DNA of 64,000 nt, from NCBI RefSeq assembly GCF_009914755.1, contig NC_060926.1, one strand, 5' to 3'. The position numbers and the translations under genes are program-made. The notes under the pieces are model-generated. The model made no database searches. It was not told where the DNA came from and saw only the letters and a program-made list of their open reading frames with translations. Below, piece by piece: positions 30,301 to 44,629 of this stretch. Numbering within the stretch: the stretch's first letter is position 1; every line of letters starts with the position of its first letter. The DNA comes from the human T2T-CHM13v2.0 reference genome, Homo sapiens.

Positions 30301-33300
30301 CTTTTGTTTTCATTTTCACTTAGTTCAAAAATTTTGTTTTAATTCTCTTGAAAGTTCTTCTTTGACCCATGTGTTATTTAGAAGTGAATCGTTTAATCAC
30401 GAGATATTTTGGGATTTTCAAACCATCTTTCTGCTAGTATAATTTTGGTTCCATCGTGCTCTGAAAGCAGACATTGTATGATTTTTTTTTTAATTTGTAA
30501 GAACATGTTTATGGCTTAGAATGTGGTCTATTTAGGTGAATGCCTTATTTGAGTGTGAGAAGAATGTTTATTCTAGTGTTACTGAATAAAGTAGTTTGTA
30601 AATGTCAACTATATCAAGTTGATTGAGAGTTTTGAGTTCAACTATATCCTTGCTGATTTTCTACAGGATGGATTTGTTCATTTTTAGTATAGGTGTATTT
30701 TATCCTCCAACTATAATCATGAATTCATCCATTTCTCTTTGAAGTTCTATCAGTTTTTGCCTCATGCTTTTTCATTTGTTTATTTTTGCCTTGCGTATTT
30801 TGATGCTCTGTTTTTAGGCACAGACATGATGAGAATTGTTATGTCTTTTTGGAGAATTAAAACATTTATTGTTAGGTAGAGCCCCTTTTTGTTCCTAATA
30901 ACTTATCTTGCTGTGAAGTTCTATCTAAAATTAATATAGCTACTTCCACTTTGTTTGGATTCTTGTTAGAATGGCATATCATTCTCCACCCATTTACCTT
31001 TTAATTTAGATGTATCTTTATATTTTTAAGTGAGTCTCTTATAGCTAACAGATAACTGGGTCTTATTTTTGATTCATTCTTACAATCTCTGTTTTTTAAT
31101 TGGTGTATTTAGACCATTGACATTTATACTGATTATTGATATAGATGGATATATATCATCAGTATTTGTTACTGTTTTATATTTGTTGCCCTTCGTCTTT
31201 GTTCCTACTATCTTCTTCTTTCTGCCTTTTGTGGTTTTAATTGAGCATTTTCTCTTCTTTCTTAGCATATCAGTTATACCTTCTTTTTTTTTTAACTTTT
31301 TTTAGTGGTTACCCTCAAGTTTGTAGTATTACAACTAATCTAAGTCCACTTTCCAATAACACTATACCAATTCACAGGTAGGGCAAGTATCTTATCATAA
31401 CAAAATAATCCTAATTCCTCCTTCCTATCTCTTGTACTATTACTGTCATTTATTTTACATAGATAAAACAATTTATTTTACATGCATCTATAACTTATAC
31501 ATAAGCATGAGTGAGCATACACATTTATATATGCACATAATGAAATACATCGTTGCTATTATTCTTTTGAACAATCTGTTAGCTGTTAGATCAATTAAAA
31601 ACAAGAAATATATATTTTTTTAAATATTATCCTCACTTATTCCTTCCATAATGCACTTCTATTCTTTATGTGCATCTGAATTTCTGGCCTATTTCGTTTT
31701 TCTTCTCTCTAAAAAATTTCTTTTGACATTTCTTGCAAGGTGGGTTTACTGGCAAAACTTTTTTCAATTTTTGTTTGTCTGAGGAAGTCTTTAATTCTCT
31801 CTCACTCTTGAAGAATAATTTTTCAGGCTATGAAATGATAGGTTCTTGGACTTTTTCTTTCAACACTTTAAGTATTTCAGTCAGCTTTCTTCTTGATTGG
31901 ATGGTTTCTGAGAAGTTGGATATAGTTTTTACCTTTGGTCCTCTATAGGTAAAATCTTTTTTCTCTCTGGCTTCCTTCAGAATTTTTTTTTTCTCTTTGA
32001 TTTTCTGCAACTTGATTATTGATAATGCCTACTTCTAGGGTTTAGTTTTTTGTGTTTGTTTTTACATTTCTGTTTCCTGAGATTCCTGGATCTGTAGGTT
32101 GGTATCTGACATTAATTATTGCTTCAAATATTTCTTCTGTTTCTTTTTTTTCTCCTTCTTTTGGTATTCTCATTACATTAACGTTACACACTTTGTAGTT
32201 GTCCCAGTTATTGATTGTTCTATTCTTTCACACAGTTCTGGGATATTCCATTTTTGTTTTTTAGTTAGTCTCTTTTTTCAATTTTCTTTTCAGTTTTGGA
32301 AGTTTCTACTGAGATATCTTCAAGTTAAGATACTTTTTCCTCAGCCATGTCCCATACACAAATGAACTCATCAAAGGCATTCTTCATTTTGTGTTTTTGA
32401 ACTCTAGCATTTCTTTATGATTCTTAGATTTTCCATCTCTCTGCTCATACTGCCCATTTATCCTTATATGCTGTTTACTTTATCCATCAGAGCCCTTGGC
32501 ATATTAATAGTTGTTTTAAAATTCTGCTCTGGATCCCTGAATATTCCAGTCCAGTTCTGATACTTGTTGTTTCTTCAAACTATATTGCTTTTGTCTTTGA
32601 ATTTTTTTAAATACATGAATATGGTGTCCTGAATAAAAAGACTTGCTCTATATAAATCTTTAGTAATGTGTTAGTAAGTTGCAGGAGGAGGAGAAACATT
32701 TTATTGTCCAATACTATGTCTCAGTCTCTTTGTGAACGTATGTCTCTGGACTGTGAATTCACAAGTGCTTTTCAGCCTCTCTCCACCAACCTTTAGGTAA
32801 GCTGGATGAGCTAGTGCTAGGTATTTCTCTTCCTTCATATGGTAGCTTAGCACTAGTTAGAGTAGGATATTTATTTTCCCCCAGGTCGGTTGCATTCTGA
32901 TAAAACTCCAGCATCTTAGGCTCTGATTAAGTAGTATATTTGGCAGAGTTTGTTAAGAACAGAATGATCTAGTGTCTTTCAAAATGCCTCTTTTTTCTCT
33001 CTGCCTCCTGAAAGAATCAGAGATTTTTTTCTCCAATATTTGCTGTGAGAACTTGTCAAACTCCTGGAGGAAAAACTCACAAAACTGTGGGAATTGCTCC
33101 CTGGATAGCTGGGTCCCCCTGAGTTTTTGACTCTCATACTTGTGTACACTGAGCCTTCAATAATTTGTGAAGTAAACTTTAGGTTTTACTACCCTGGCAC
33201 TCATTACAGAGGTTTCTACTTATGGCTTTCTGCTCTAGTAAGTTGTGATTCTCTGCACCTACCTGTCTGTCTCTCTAATTTTGGAAGCAGTGCTTTGCCC

Positions 33301-33420
33301 TGTGTCCTGACTCTCCTTATGGGTCTAAGATTTGTTAATTTTTCAGTTTGCTCATCTCTTTACTGGTTATAACTGAGTGGTGACTTCCAAGCTCCTCATA
33401 TCCTGAACCAGAAATCGATG
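27345..33420 (-). mobile_element. Near full-length, highly decayed LINE-1 (L1MC1/L1MC2-like)
   Basis: 3'UTR signature (tgacatgtatccaccattatggtgtcatacagtatagtttcactgc...ttttccagaatgtaacatagttggaatcatacagta), antisense ORF2 remnants, ORF2 N-terminus (ISININVNGLNTPIKKQRL-like in ORF 31080-31268), ORF1 remnant (KILKEAREKK in 31828-32010) and 5'UTR. Confidence 0.85.
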
Positions 33421-34896
33421 TCCAGGCATTTCTTTTTAGAACAATAAAAAAGTCAGGTGATGAAAAGAAAATATTTTATTTTAAAGAGATCCCAGCTATC
33501 AAAACAATAATGTAGAATTTGATGACCATGTCATAATTGTGGGTGCAAATTGCTGAAAATATACAACAGAAGAAGCAAGGTCAATAAAAATAGCATAAAA
33601 TATTTCAGAGCCTCATGCAGAAGAATAATGGGCTGCCTCATAAAACACAGTTGTTTCAGAAGTGACTGTTTAATGAACAATTATAACACCCTCGATGTTA
33701 GAGAAAGAGTTGAAGAAGACATAGTATTTTGGAACCCATAATGAGTGTAGATATACTAAAATCTACTTCAATAATGAAAGCACAATAGATCTGAAACATG
33801 GATATCTGAAGCAGTGATGAGTTAACCTTTAAGAATCATTGTGAGATATAGTTAAGAGAAAGAGGTGAATGCTCAGATTCTTTAACCTTATTAACTGGAA
33901 ACTTCCACTGCACACACTGAAAATCAGCTTCATTATAACTGGAGGCCTCAACTATATCATGTAAAAAATGGTTTTTACCAGAATATTATTTGAGACCAAA
34001 CTAGAGAATTTAAATTAAGGGAAAAATAGCCTTAATCAGTCATGCTCACTTGGAAAAAAATTAAAAAAGCAACAGTCTGAACTGGTTTCATTTTATCAAA
34101 ATTGACTTTTAAACTTTAGCTGGAGGCTGTCATATTTCTCTTGAGCATTTATTAATGACGCATTTGGAGTTCCAATTAAAAACTCAATGTGAGAAAATAA
34201 CAGAAGCTCCCTGTCCATTATGAAAATCCAAATCTGTGTGTTTAATATGACATTATTTTGCCACATCTGCGCTAAAATGACCATACAAACAGAATAGGAA
34301 CAAACATTATATCATTGATGAAAATGACTTTTAAAAGCTGAAATTTATTAAAAGCATATTAATTTGTTAAAATGTTGACAGAATCACCAGGGGTCCTTGA
34401 TATCAGACTTGGACAACAGGTGGTATCAAGCACAGCTGTGAACTATGAGATCTCTCTACTGATGCTGTCAATGGGCGCTAAATGTTCTAGCTCACCCCAT
34501 CGATGCTGATGTACGGGACTCAGGATACCACTGTGTGCACTATTGTATCCAGAAAATTGATTTTCCTGCCACCACTACCATTGCCAAAATTGAGCCTACA
34601 GTGTTTCGGCCTTTATGTATTACTAACTCCCACTTTAAAATCAGGGTATCTGAGTTTTAAGGATTATATCTTTTGCCTGCTCCTTTACTGCAAGAGAGGC
34701 TGGCTTCTCAGTTTCTATAGTAAGGAGCAGGTCCTGGTTTCTATGAAGACTTAAAAATAGAAAACATTCCCCAAATGAGAAGGGTATTCAAATGATGGAT
34801 GAGCATAAATGATTAAAAATACAATCTACAACTTCAGCGGTTTGTCATCATTTATATGTTTCTCCTACTTCAAAATAATGCTCTTGTCTATCATAG

Positions 34897-35291
<395 letters not shown>

Positions 35292-35349
35292 ATATTTATT
35301 TACTTCTCCCTTACAAAATCATAAAAGTATCCATTATATTCAATGAGTA

Positions 35350-36010
35350 AAATTAGAAAAAAAAATTAAAAAGTATTCTCTGTCTCTCCCAACACACACA
35401 TGCACACATGGGAGGAAAGAAAACAATTGTATATATTATAGTTTATAATTGTGTAACTAGTAGCCAGAGATGGATTTAGATTCCCCTTCTCTAGTATCAA
35501 CTAAAAGTTCCTTTTCTCTTCACCCAGAACTGCAGCTAGTCAATGATCTGTCCATAGGGCAGTGGCCCAAATCTTCATTCCTAACAGATCTAAACTTTTA
35601 GTGGTTCTGTCTATGTAGGGTTGCTGCAGTCTTATATTTCTTATTACTTGTGAACCTGGTAGTAATGACAGGCACCTTAGGGAATCCCGCGGGTGCCATC
35701 TGTGTCCCCCCTTGACTCCACAATGTAGCAGCACAACATTCTGTAATTAATTCTCAACATTCAAGAGCTATTACCTAGATGACACCATAACATTTTTTCT
35801 GAGCCTATTTATCTAGAGACTTCATAAGCATCAGAAAATGGCCTGGTGGCAGTCTTATTCAGCTTCCAATTCAGAGTAAATATTGTTGTGTCCCTAGCAG
35901 AAATATTTCTCCCTTAAGTTTTAAAATCTCTAAACAGAGGTCAGAATGGGAAGCAAATATTTTGCCAGTTGTCCCAGTGGGATAATCATGAGAGCGCCTG
36001 CTGCCACCCC
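35350..36010 (-). mobile_element. ERVL/MaLR internal-region remnant
   Basis: cccaaatcttcattcctaacagatct...ctccacaatgtagcagcac...tggcctggtggcagtct...cttccaattcag...ttgtgtccct resembles the antisense ERVL 3' pol/dUTPase-like region. Confidence 0.6.
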
Positions 36011-36204
36011 AGAAACTTGAAATATTCGACTCTGTAAATATCAGCCTTCCCCGGAGAGTCCCTCCCTAACCTAATGATTTCCGACTGGTAAAAATATTAT
36101 AATTTGGCTTTCCTTTTACCTTATTTTAGAAGATTTTTAAAAGGATGGATACATTCATCAAAAGTAACCTCATGATTTCCAATTCATGAAACATGAAACC
36201 CTAA

Positions 36205-36420
36205 TTAACACCGTAGATGTTAGAGTCAGACAGTTCTGGATTAATTCCAGCCAAGCCAGTTCCTGGCAGTGTGATCTTGGGCAAGTCACTTCATACCCTT
36301 TGAACTTCAGTTTTCCCATTGTTTATAAGGGAGATAGCATCAATTATTCAGGGATATTGTATTCTTTTTTTCTTTTAATATGACATCTGGTTAAAGTGCT
36401 TAGCACACTAAGAATATGAG
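36205..36420 (+). mobile_element. MIR
   Basis: agagtcagacagttctggattaattccagc...gtgtgatcttgggcaagtcacttc...cttcagttttcccatt...aaagtgcttagcaca. Confidence 0.75.
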
Positions 36421-37264
36421 TGCTTGAGTCATTGAAGCTGAAGAAATATTTAAAATATTTTGCAACCAGCACATCATAGTCACCAATCAGAGCAGATTCA
36501 AGTCTTAATGCTCAAGTAGGGCCTTGCGGGCTTGGCATTGGCTCTTATGAGGGTGAATACTGCTGCATTTGGGGCCATGTGAGGAACTACAAGGAAGCCA
36601 GGTTTTACCAAACCACATAGGAGTCCTTCAGTGGTATAACAATTGGGAGAGCGAGTGTGTAATAGCTGATTACCAGCCCATCATAGAAACAAGTAATATG
36701 GATGGGAGTGATAAGGGTGGTGATAGTAGTTGTGACAGTAATACAGACCCTTAGTAAGGATAAACAAAAGAGATAAATCATCCAAAACATTAAAAGACTC
36801 ATAGTAAGAGAATTTAAGAAAAAAATATTCCACCCACATGGGTATAGGGTAAAAAAGATGAAAGCTGTAAACTGAATGCAAATGATGTCCTTGAAATTTC
36901 AAAGCGCTACAGTTATTCAATACCTTTTAACAGAATAAAAAAAAGTGACTCATTATTCTTGGAAATAGGAACACTCCATAATGTTTGGGCTTGCTTTTAT
37001 GAAACAATTAGTTTTCAAGGGAAATTTAATTTTGTTTGTGAATGTTTTCTTCTAACCAAATGGAAAACTCTTATTGAAAGTTAATTATATTTCATTTTCT
37101 AGAATTTATGAGGAAGGAAGGAAAAAGTCAACTTCTGAGTCATATGTTTTGCTCCACAGAAGAACATAATACGAGGAACTTTCAGTTTTAGTTTTTGTAT
37201 ATTTATGTTTTAAGATAATAGCTATAATTAAAGATGTGCTCTCCTTTATAGAGACTCTAATTAC

Positions 37265-37840
37265 TTCCAAGTCCTATTTATTGAGCACTTATCTGGTGCT
37301 GAGGTAGACAATAGGATACAATGATTGATAGGGTGTGGTATTTGTGAGGGAGACCAACATTCAAGCTCAGTGTTATGCTGCATGATGAATAAGGCCCTGC
37401 CTAGCTTTCTGGGCTCATCTCCTGTCATTTCCTCCCTGTTCACTATGTTCAAGAAAGACAAGTCTCTTCCCCAATCCCCGGAACTGGCCAAGCTTAGACT
37501 TGGTCTAGCTTCTTTGCATTTACTCTGTCCACTCTCTGAAACACTCTTTCCATGACTGTCTTCTTTGCAACATTTATCCTAAAGGCTACCTTTTCAAAGA
37601 GGCCTCATATAAGAATCTTAGCGTAAAGTAACAACAACTTACATTTTCTAACTCACTGCCTTTTTACAAATTTTAGAGACACATACTATTATCTAAAAAT
37701 ATTCATGTATTTGTATACTTATGGTCCATCCTATCAGTATAAGCTCTATTAAGTCAAGATTCTGGCATGGTCACCACCACATCCTTAGTTATAAGAACAG
37801 TTCTTGGCACATAGTAAAATCTCAAAAATATGTATCTAGT
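37265..37840. mobile_element. L2 fragments (short minus-strand 3' end, then plus-strand body to 3' end)
   Basis: tatttattgagcacttatc at 37275. aataaggccctgcc...aaggctaccttttcaaagaggcc...agaacagttcttggcacatagtaaaatctcaaaaata. Confidence 0.65.
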
Positions 37841-38479
37841 AAAAGCAGTAACACAAAACAAGACTAAATCACTTGATTCTCAATTACAGCATATCAGTTT
37901 TGAAATTGCTAGAAGGTTGAACTGCATTTTAGAGAAGCTGTCATTACACACACCACGTACTTAAGGAACAAGCAAACAGCTGTCCTTTGGCATGGTATAA
38001 AAGCCTATTTCATGTGAGTTATTTGACTACACTACCACATCTCAGTAGTAGATGAGGCTTTTATGAAAACAATAAAACTTAAGCCTCATTTATGCATCTT
38101 AATTTTTTAAACATTGTGGAGACTTGTTATAAGGCCTTGAACTAATTTGTACTCATCTACCCTATCCAGTCCCATGCTGTGAGGTTTTGTTAATAACAGT
38201 TTATTTAATTTTTAAAACTGGTGCTCAAAAGAGATATAGATTTTTCCCCCTCTCACTCTTTGTGAAGATATGAAAGGGCTCTAGGGATGAAAGAACAATA
38301 GATCAAATGTGAAAACACACACATAAAGCAAGAGGAAAAGAACAGAAGGTAGCTAGACACAAACTTTTAAGGGAAGAAATGTTCATATTGGAGAAAGATA
38401 AAAGAAAGACAAGGAGGAGAAAGGATTTTCCTGTATGTACTTTTCCAGAGTAGAACAATATGAAAAGTCCACCCATTTC

Positions 38480-39400
38480 AATAATTACCTAGCATGTAAT
38501 TTTTATCCAATCCTGATGGATAATTTTAAGACTGTGCACACGAAAACAACAAATGTTTACAGAATAGATAATGGATAGAAAAATATCCCAGGCACAATAA
38601 CAAGAAATATAAAATATATAGGAATATCGCAATAATAAATATGTGCAACTAAATAGAAATAATACTTTATTGATTCCAATAAATTGAAAGATACTGGTTA
38701 ATCATACTGTTGAATAGAAATACTGAATAGTACAAACACGAAATAATTCCAAAATCAGTTGAGGTTTAATTCAACTCAAGTCAAAATCTTAATTATGCAT
38801 TTCTTGATAAAATTTTATAAAATTATTCTAAAATTCCTTCAACTGCAATATAAAATGTATAATAATTTTCACTCAAATAATTTTTACCAAATTTTTTTCT
38901 AGCAAAAATTATTTGAATAAATGGAAGAGAAATATAAAGAATGTATAGAAACTAATATTAAATAATATAAAAATTACTTATATAGTCAACATAACTTAAA
39001 TAATATGATATTGGCCACTGATTAGACAAGTAAAGTGAACACAAAGCCTAAAAATATACCAGAGTGTACTTAGTTTATGAATAAGATGCCATTTTAAGTT
39101 AGTAGTAAATACACAAGTTACTCTATAAAAGGTAGAAAACAAGAATAATTGATCGACTCTTTAGAGATGGGGAAGAAGATGCTTATCTTGCTTGATACAT
39201 CAAAATAAATTCTAAAATCATTAAATAATAGTAAAGCATGAAACAAAAATATAACTATAATGTAAATATTAATATAAAATTTTGATCTGGAGAAGGTTTT
39301 CTATAAATGACACCAAAGGAAGAAATTATAAATAAAAATATTGATAAGTTAAAATGTTCCATCATCAAAAACACAACAAATAAAGAATTAGAACAAAACA
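38480..39400 (+). mobile_element. Very old L1 (L1ME-like) ORF2 fragment
   Basis: aaattattctaaaattc...atatgatattggccactgattagacaag...gaaggttttctataaatgacaccaaaggaagaaattataaataaaaatattgataa. Confidence 0.6.
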
Positions 39401-42400
39401 TATACCATTCAAATTTAACCGTTATTCTTTTTGTAGAACTCACATGTCTCATTGTAAGATATTAAAACTATTCAGAAAAATGCAGAGAATAAAAGAAAAA
39501 TGATTCCCAAACTCTTCCACACAGATTATTACAGAGTTAGCATTTTGATGAATTTTCCTCCAAATTAGATTCTCTGCATTGATACACATAAAATTGCTAG
39601 GATATAATTGTACTTTTTATGTGTACTGTTCTGATAACATGTTTTTTCCAAACAATATTTTCTGTAAATATTTTAATTTTAAAAAATAGGTTTATGTCAT
39701 TGTGTTAAATAACTACGTATTATTCCATCTCATGGCTTAAACAAAACTTCACTTAATTGTTCCCTTTTCCTCTGTTAGCATTTGTATAATAGTATGTGTG
39801 ACTGATTGTTAACAGTTTTTTTCCCTTGCCTGGTAGTGAGTTCCCTGACATCAGAAATGGCATCCAAGACATTTCTTGATGTAATCGCAGGGCCCAGCTT
39901 ATGTTGGGGTCTCCAAAATAGCTGGTGGGTAAAAGATAGAGGTACGCTAGTCACTTTAGGATATCTAATTATGAAAAAAATAGAGACCTTATATAGCCCA
40001 TGACGGGCAGTGGCAGAATTTGAAATTCCTATTTGTTAAGAACCTGAGTGGTAACAATAGTGGATAATAAATAAATTATAGGAAAAGATTACCATTAAGC
40101 CACGTGACCATGGACCTAACATTGTCATACCTTTTGTGAAACTAAGGGCCAAAATCAGTTTTGTGAAATTGTATACATCTCTAATACAGAGAATTATATA
40201 TTGCTTCTTCAACTGATGACCAAGCACGCAGGTAAGGGAAGTTACAGACAAGAACTCTCTATATTTTTGGCAAAATAATCTTTTTCTCTTAGTTCTCTAG
40301 GATGGAACTGGGTAAGAAGGAGAAGGAGCTCACTGGATTCACTGGCTGACTCACCAACATTTATCTGTAGAAATTTAGAGCTACCCAAACATTAATGCAC
40401 AAAGACTTAATAACAGAGTTACTTATAATAGAAAAACAATGGACAAAGTCTAGATGAACTGTAATAAAGGATTGGTTGAATCAGAAACCGGTACCAGGCC
40501 ATAGACAATACTTTTTGTAGAATAGATATATAAAACCTTGGCAAGCACATTCATTAATTCAAAATTGAATGGCTTTTAAAAAAATCTAAGCCAAAATATG
40601 CCATATATATACATGGGTTTGCTTGGAATGTTTTATACTATGGTATGTACTTTATCAAAATAAAGACTTTATGTGTAATACCGAGTAAACTGCAGAATAC
40701 AGGAATTATTGGTCATCAATTGGTTTTGTGCCACAAAATCTCAGGGAATGTTGAGGTTTTGTATAACAAATACCAAGGTGATATGTTTTATATTATACTA
40801 ACTACTCTCCCATAAACAAAATGCCTTGACATTTACTTTTATCTGTTTCCCTTCTACAAATAAAGCTATCATTCAAGTCCATTTTGGGGAAAATGTTAGC
40901 TAGAGTTCATGTACATTAGGAAACAAATAACTAATACAATCCCAGCCAGAATCCTTTCCAAAGAGCTAATAAGCTCCACGAACTGGAAGCCAACAAGATT
41001 GCCCACCCTCACCCTAGAGAAGTCACAGAGGCCTTATTTCCCTGTAATACACTCACAGGCTCTGTTAATAGTTAAAGTCTGGCGGTAGAAACCCAGAGGT
41101 TGAGTTTTTAGTGCTGTTAGATCATCCCAGGGCAGCGTCAATTTCTGGCAGTGATAACACATGCAATGGCTTTCCGGCAGGACACAGCCACGGGGTTCCT
41201 GGCAGAGCCACCGAGCAAGGTTTTTGTTAAGCAGATCCATATCATTTTTGACAGGACTAACATATGGCTTTGGATTTCTGGCCAAAGACTCCTCCATGGT
41301 TCCTATCAGAAGAGACCGTACACGCTCTCTGGCAACACTGCCACACGATGTAAAGGATTTAATTCCTGGAAGTATATTGCCATGATGATTTGCTACAGAA
41401 CAAATTTCAAAGTTGGTTTCCTGCCATAAAATTCTATAGGTCATGTCAAGGCCAACACAGCAGTGAGTTTTCAGCAAGAAGATATTGAGCTGATCTTTTA
41501 ATAGCCTTCCTTTTCACACTTTGCCACATTCTTAAGTGTTTCCATGTACACTGAGTATAAATAAAATATTTTCTACATGAAAGAATATTGCAATAATGTA
41601 ATGTGTTTTGTGTCTGTACATACAAGAGCATTTGCAGCAGTACCACTTGTTCATCTAATGAAATGAATTGCCATTATTGTGAAATTTCACTTTAATTTGT
41701 AAAAGAGCCAAGGCATGTTCCTGTTAACAGTGACGATGGAGAGAATAATAACTTCCCACAGTTCAGAAGGCAATTTAATTCATCCTTTTATTCTCAACAG
41801 TATAATTCAGCAGCTAAAATGACTGCAAATGTCTGAAAGGAGGATGCCCTGGCCTTTGAAAGGTAATTAAAGTTCAAGATATAGAATAGGAAGTAGCAAT
41901 ATATCCTTCACTGGATGTGATGCATCATTATATTTTCCTAAAAAAGTACTATGCACAGTGCATATATTTAAAATACTGTTTTAATGCTGCTCTCATACCC
42001 CTGCAATTAACAATATCACATCACATTTTACTAGTATTTCCACCACAACTGGTGTCACCCTGCCTGGTGTTAATTCACTAAGCACTGAAATCTCTTCAAA
42101 TGAGAGATTTCTCAAATTAAAAATCACAAAATCACTTTATTTGATTTGATTTATATAAAATAGAAACAAACCAACAAGAGAAAATGAGCTGAGCATTCTT
42201 TAGCTCAATAGAAAATAAGATGCTTTTTATAAAATGATTATTATTCAACAGAAGCAAACAAAAAATGATACTGGGTCACTACCATCTGTTTTATGGTTAC
42301 TTGGAGTCTTATAACAATTAATTCAGTGTAGCTTTTAAAATTTGTTTATTATCATCCTTATAAAAACACTGCCCCCAAACTGAAGGCTATTCAAACTTAA

Positions 42401-44629
42401 GTAACCTTGGAGATGTATGTGGATGAACTCTAATGTGTAAAAGCATTTGGGGAAATAGGTCTGGGTGATATACAAAGCTAGTAAAACTTACTGCCAAATG
42501 AAGATTGTAAGCGTAAGACTTGTTGCTTTGTTGTTCATTTCGAAATGCCTAAGAGACAGAAAGTAAAGGTTAGAAACAATCAGTAAAAATGTTTTCTGAG
42601 TATCCTGTGGGACTGGAGCACTGTATTGATGGATATACTACTGTAACTCTAAATCAGCTCTTAACCTCACTGGAGTCCTTTCTCCAAAGCCGGGAAAAGA
42701 GTCCTGAAGCAGATACTTTGTCTTTTCTTTAACAGCTGCAAAGGCATCCTGAACTAGACGGAGGTCAGATTCTACTTCCGTAATCAATGTAATAATTCTG
42801 GTATTGTCTGGTTATATCTGATGCAAAGTTTAAGATACAGTTGTCACAGACTCTCAATATTTCCCTCATTTATTTAATCAACAAATAGCAACCCACTAGC
42901 AAATATGTACCAAGTACTCAGATACAGTCTCTGGTATGCACTGTTCTTACATGGTTCAAAAAACCTGAGCCTCATGTTTGAACCATGATGAAGGAAGCCT
43001 TTTCAAGTATAATAAATGTTTTTCTTGCCAAAATAAATGGGTCAAAGAAAAGAAACGGAAGGATAAAACTTACAGTTCAATGAAGTCCAAGGGCTCATAA
43101 TTTTCCAAACATTTCCAGTGAAACATATAAAAATCATGGTTTCAATTGAAAAAATAGTGTGTTATCTACTAAGTAGACATACAATGTAATTAAATACAAA
43201 TAAGATATAGGAATATGGCACAAAGAAAAGAATAACATAATTATAACTTATCAGTGCTTTGTTTTTCAATTTTGTGTTAGTGCAGGACCATCGCTCACTA
43301 ACTCACTAAGTGCCAATGTTTTAAGTTAAAGAGTTGAATAATCATAGAGTTGGCTGCTTCAACCCATGGCTTATGCCCAAGAGACTGCAGAAACACAGGG
43401 GAGCAAGAAATCTGGCTGTAGCAGAAGCACTGAGAATGACACTCACACTCACGATAGGAAAAGGCTTGTTCCTTGTCCTTTCTTTGACTTTGTATGTTGT
43501 AACTTGGGAGGTATGCATTTCTTAGATGGTAATTACATCAGAAATAGGTCAATGAGGTGCCAGTTCATTCTTCTGAAGACTTAGATGTCAGCAGAGAAGT
43601 CAGGCTCTCTCTTGGCTTTGACAGAGCAACAGAAAGGAACTGAACTGCCCAGTAAACGGATTAGAATTAGGTAAAGTACTCCAAAAGTGATGGGCATATT
43701 TCTAAGCAAGAACAATGAATTTCAGGGATATCAAAATATGCTCCCTTTTCCCATAGGAAAATAAAATTACTACAATGTTCAAAGTACTTACTAGGCAGCA
43801 AAACAATTTTTCAGATAATATGTATATTACTATGTTATTTTAAGAATAAGGAAATGATTATCAGAAGTTACGTAAATAACCCAAGAATGCAGAGCTAGCA
43901 CCTGGCAGAGGCAGAATTGGCATGCAGGTATCAGCTGCCCCGTTTGCTGGGGCTCTCTAAGCCCGCAGTTCCTTTTTACCAAGCGAGGGGGGAATGACAA
44001 AGGCATCATTTTCCCCATTATTTCAGAGCATAGACTTTGCTAACTATATTCTTTAATTTCAATCTTCACAAATCACTCATGGCATTTTTATATGGGGCCA
44101 GAAATATCAAATTTCATTAGGAAGCCTTGAGTTCTTAAGCACAATCATCTGTTTTTTCCTCTTTTTTCCCATAGTTTACAAAAATAATGGCTACAGGATA
44201 AAAAATACTTAAAAATTAATTTATTAATTATGGCATCTTTCCTTCAAAGAAAATAATTTAAGCTCAACTTTTCAGGCTTCATTGAAGCCATTACTATTCT
44301 ATGAAATAGAAAATGTTTGAGCTTCCCACTGCTGTGTTTATAGCTGCATTGTCTGCTGTTCCACACTTTATCTAACTACACCATAATCAAGATACAGGTT
44401 AAGGTAACAAATTATTAGTCTTTCCAAGAGAAGTGTAAATGAACTCTGACTTGTAAATTGGCTAATTATTTTTTGTGCTACATCATTAGCTTTAGAAAAT
44501 CTTTAGATTTAAATGTATTATTAACAGAAAAATTCAAGCCTATTTATAAAAAGCACGCTGGCATTATGCAAAGATATGCTATCTGTAAGCCATGAAAGAA
44601 ATTTTCTCAATTCTTCTCAATTTATAGTT

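Noticed and set aside
43890-43995. Possible CTCF site in a GC-richer patch
   Set aside because: Only a loose match to the CCASYAGRKGGC core; cannot be supported.
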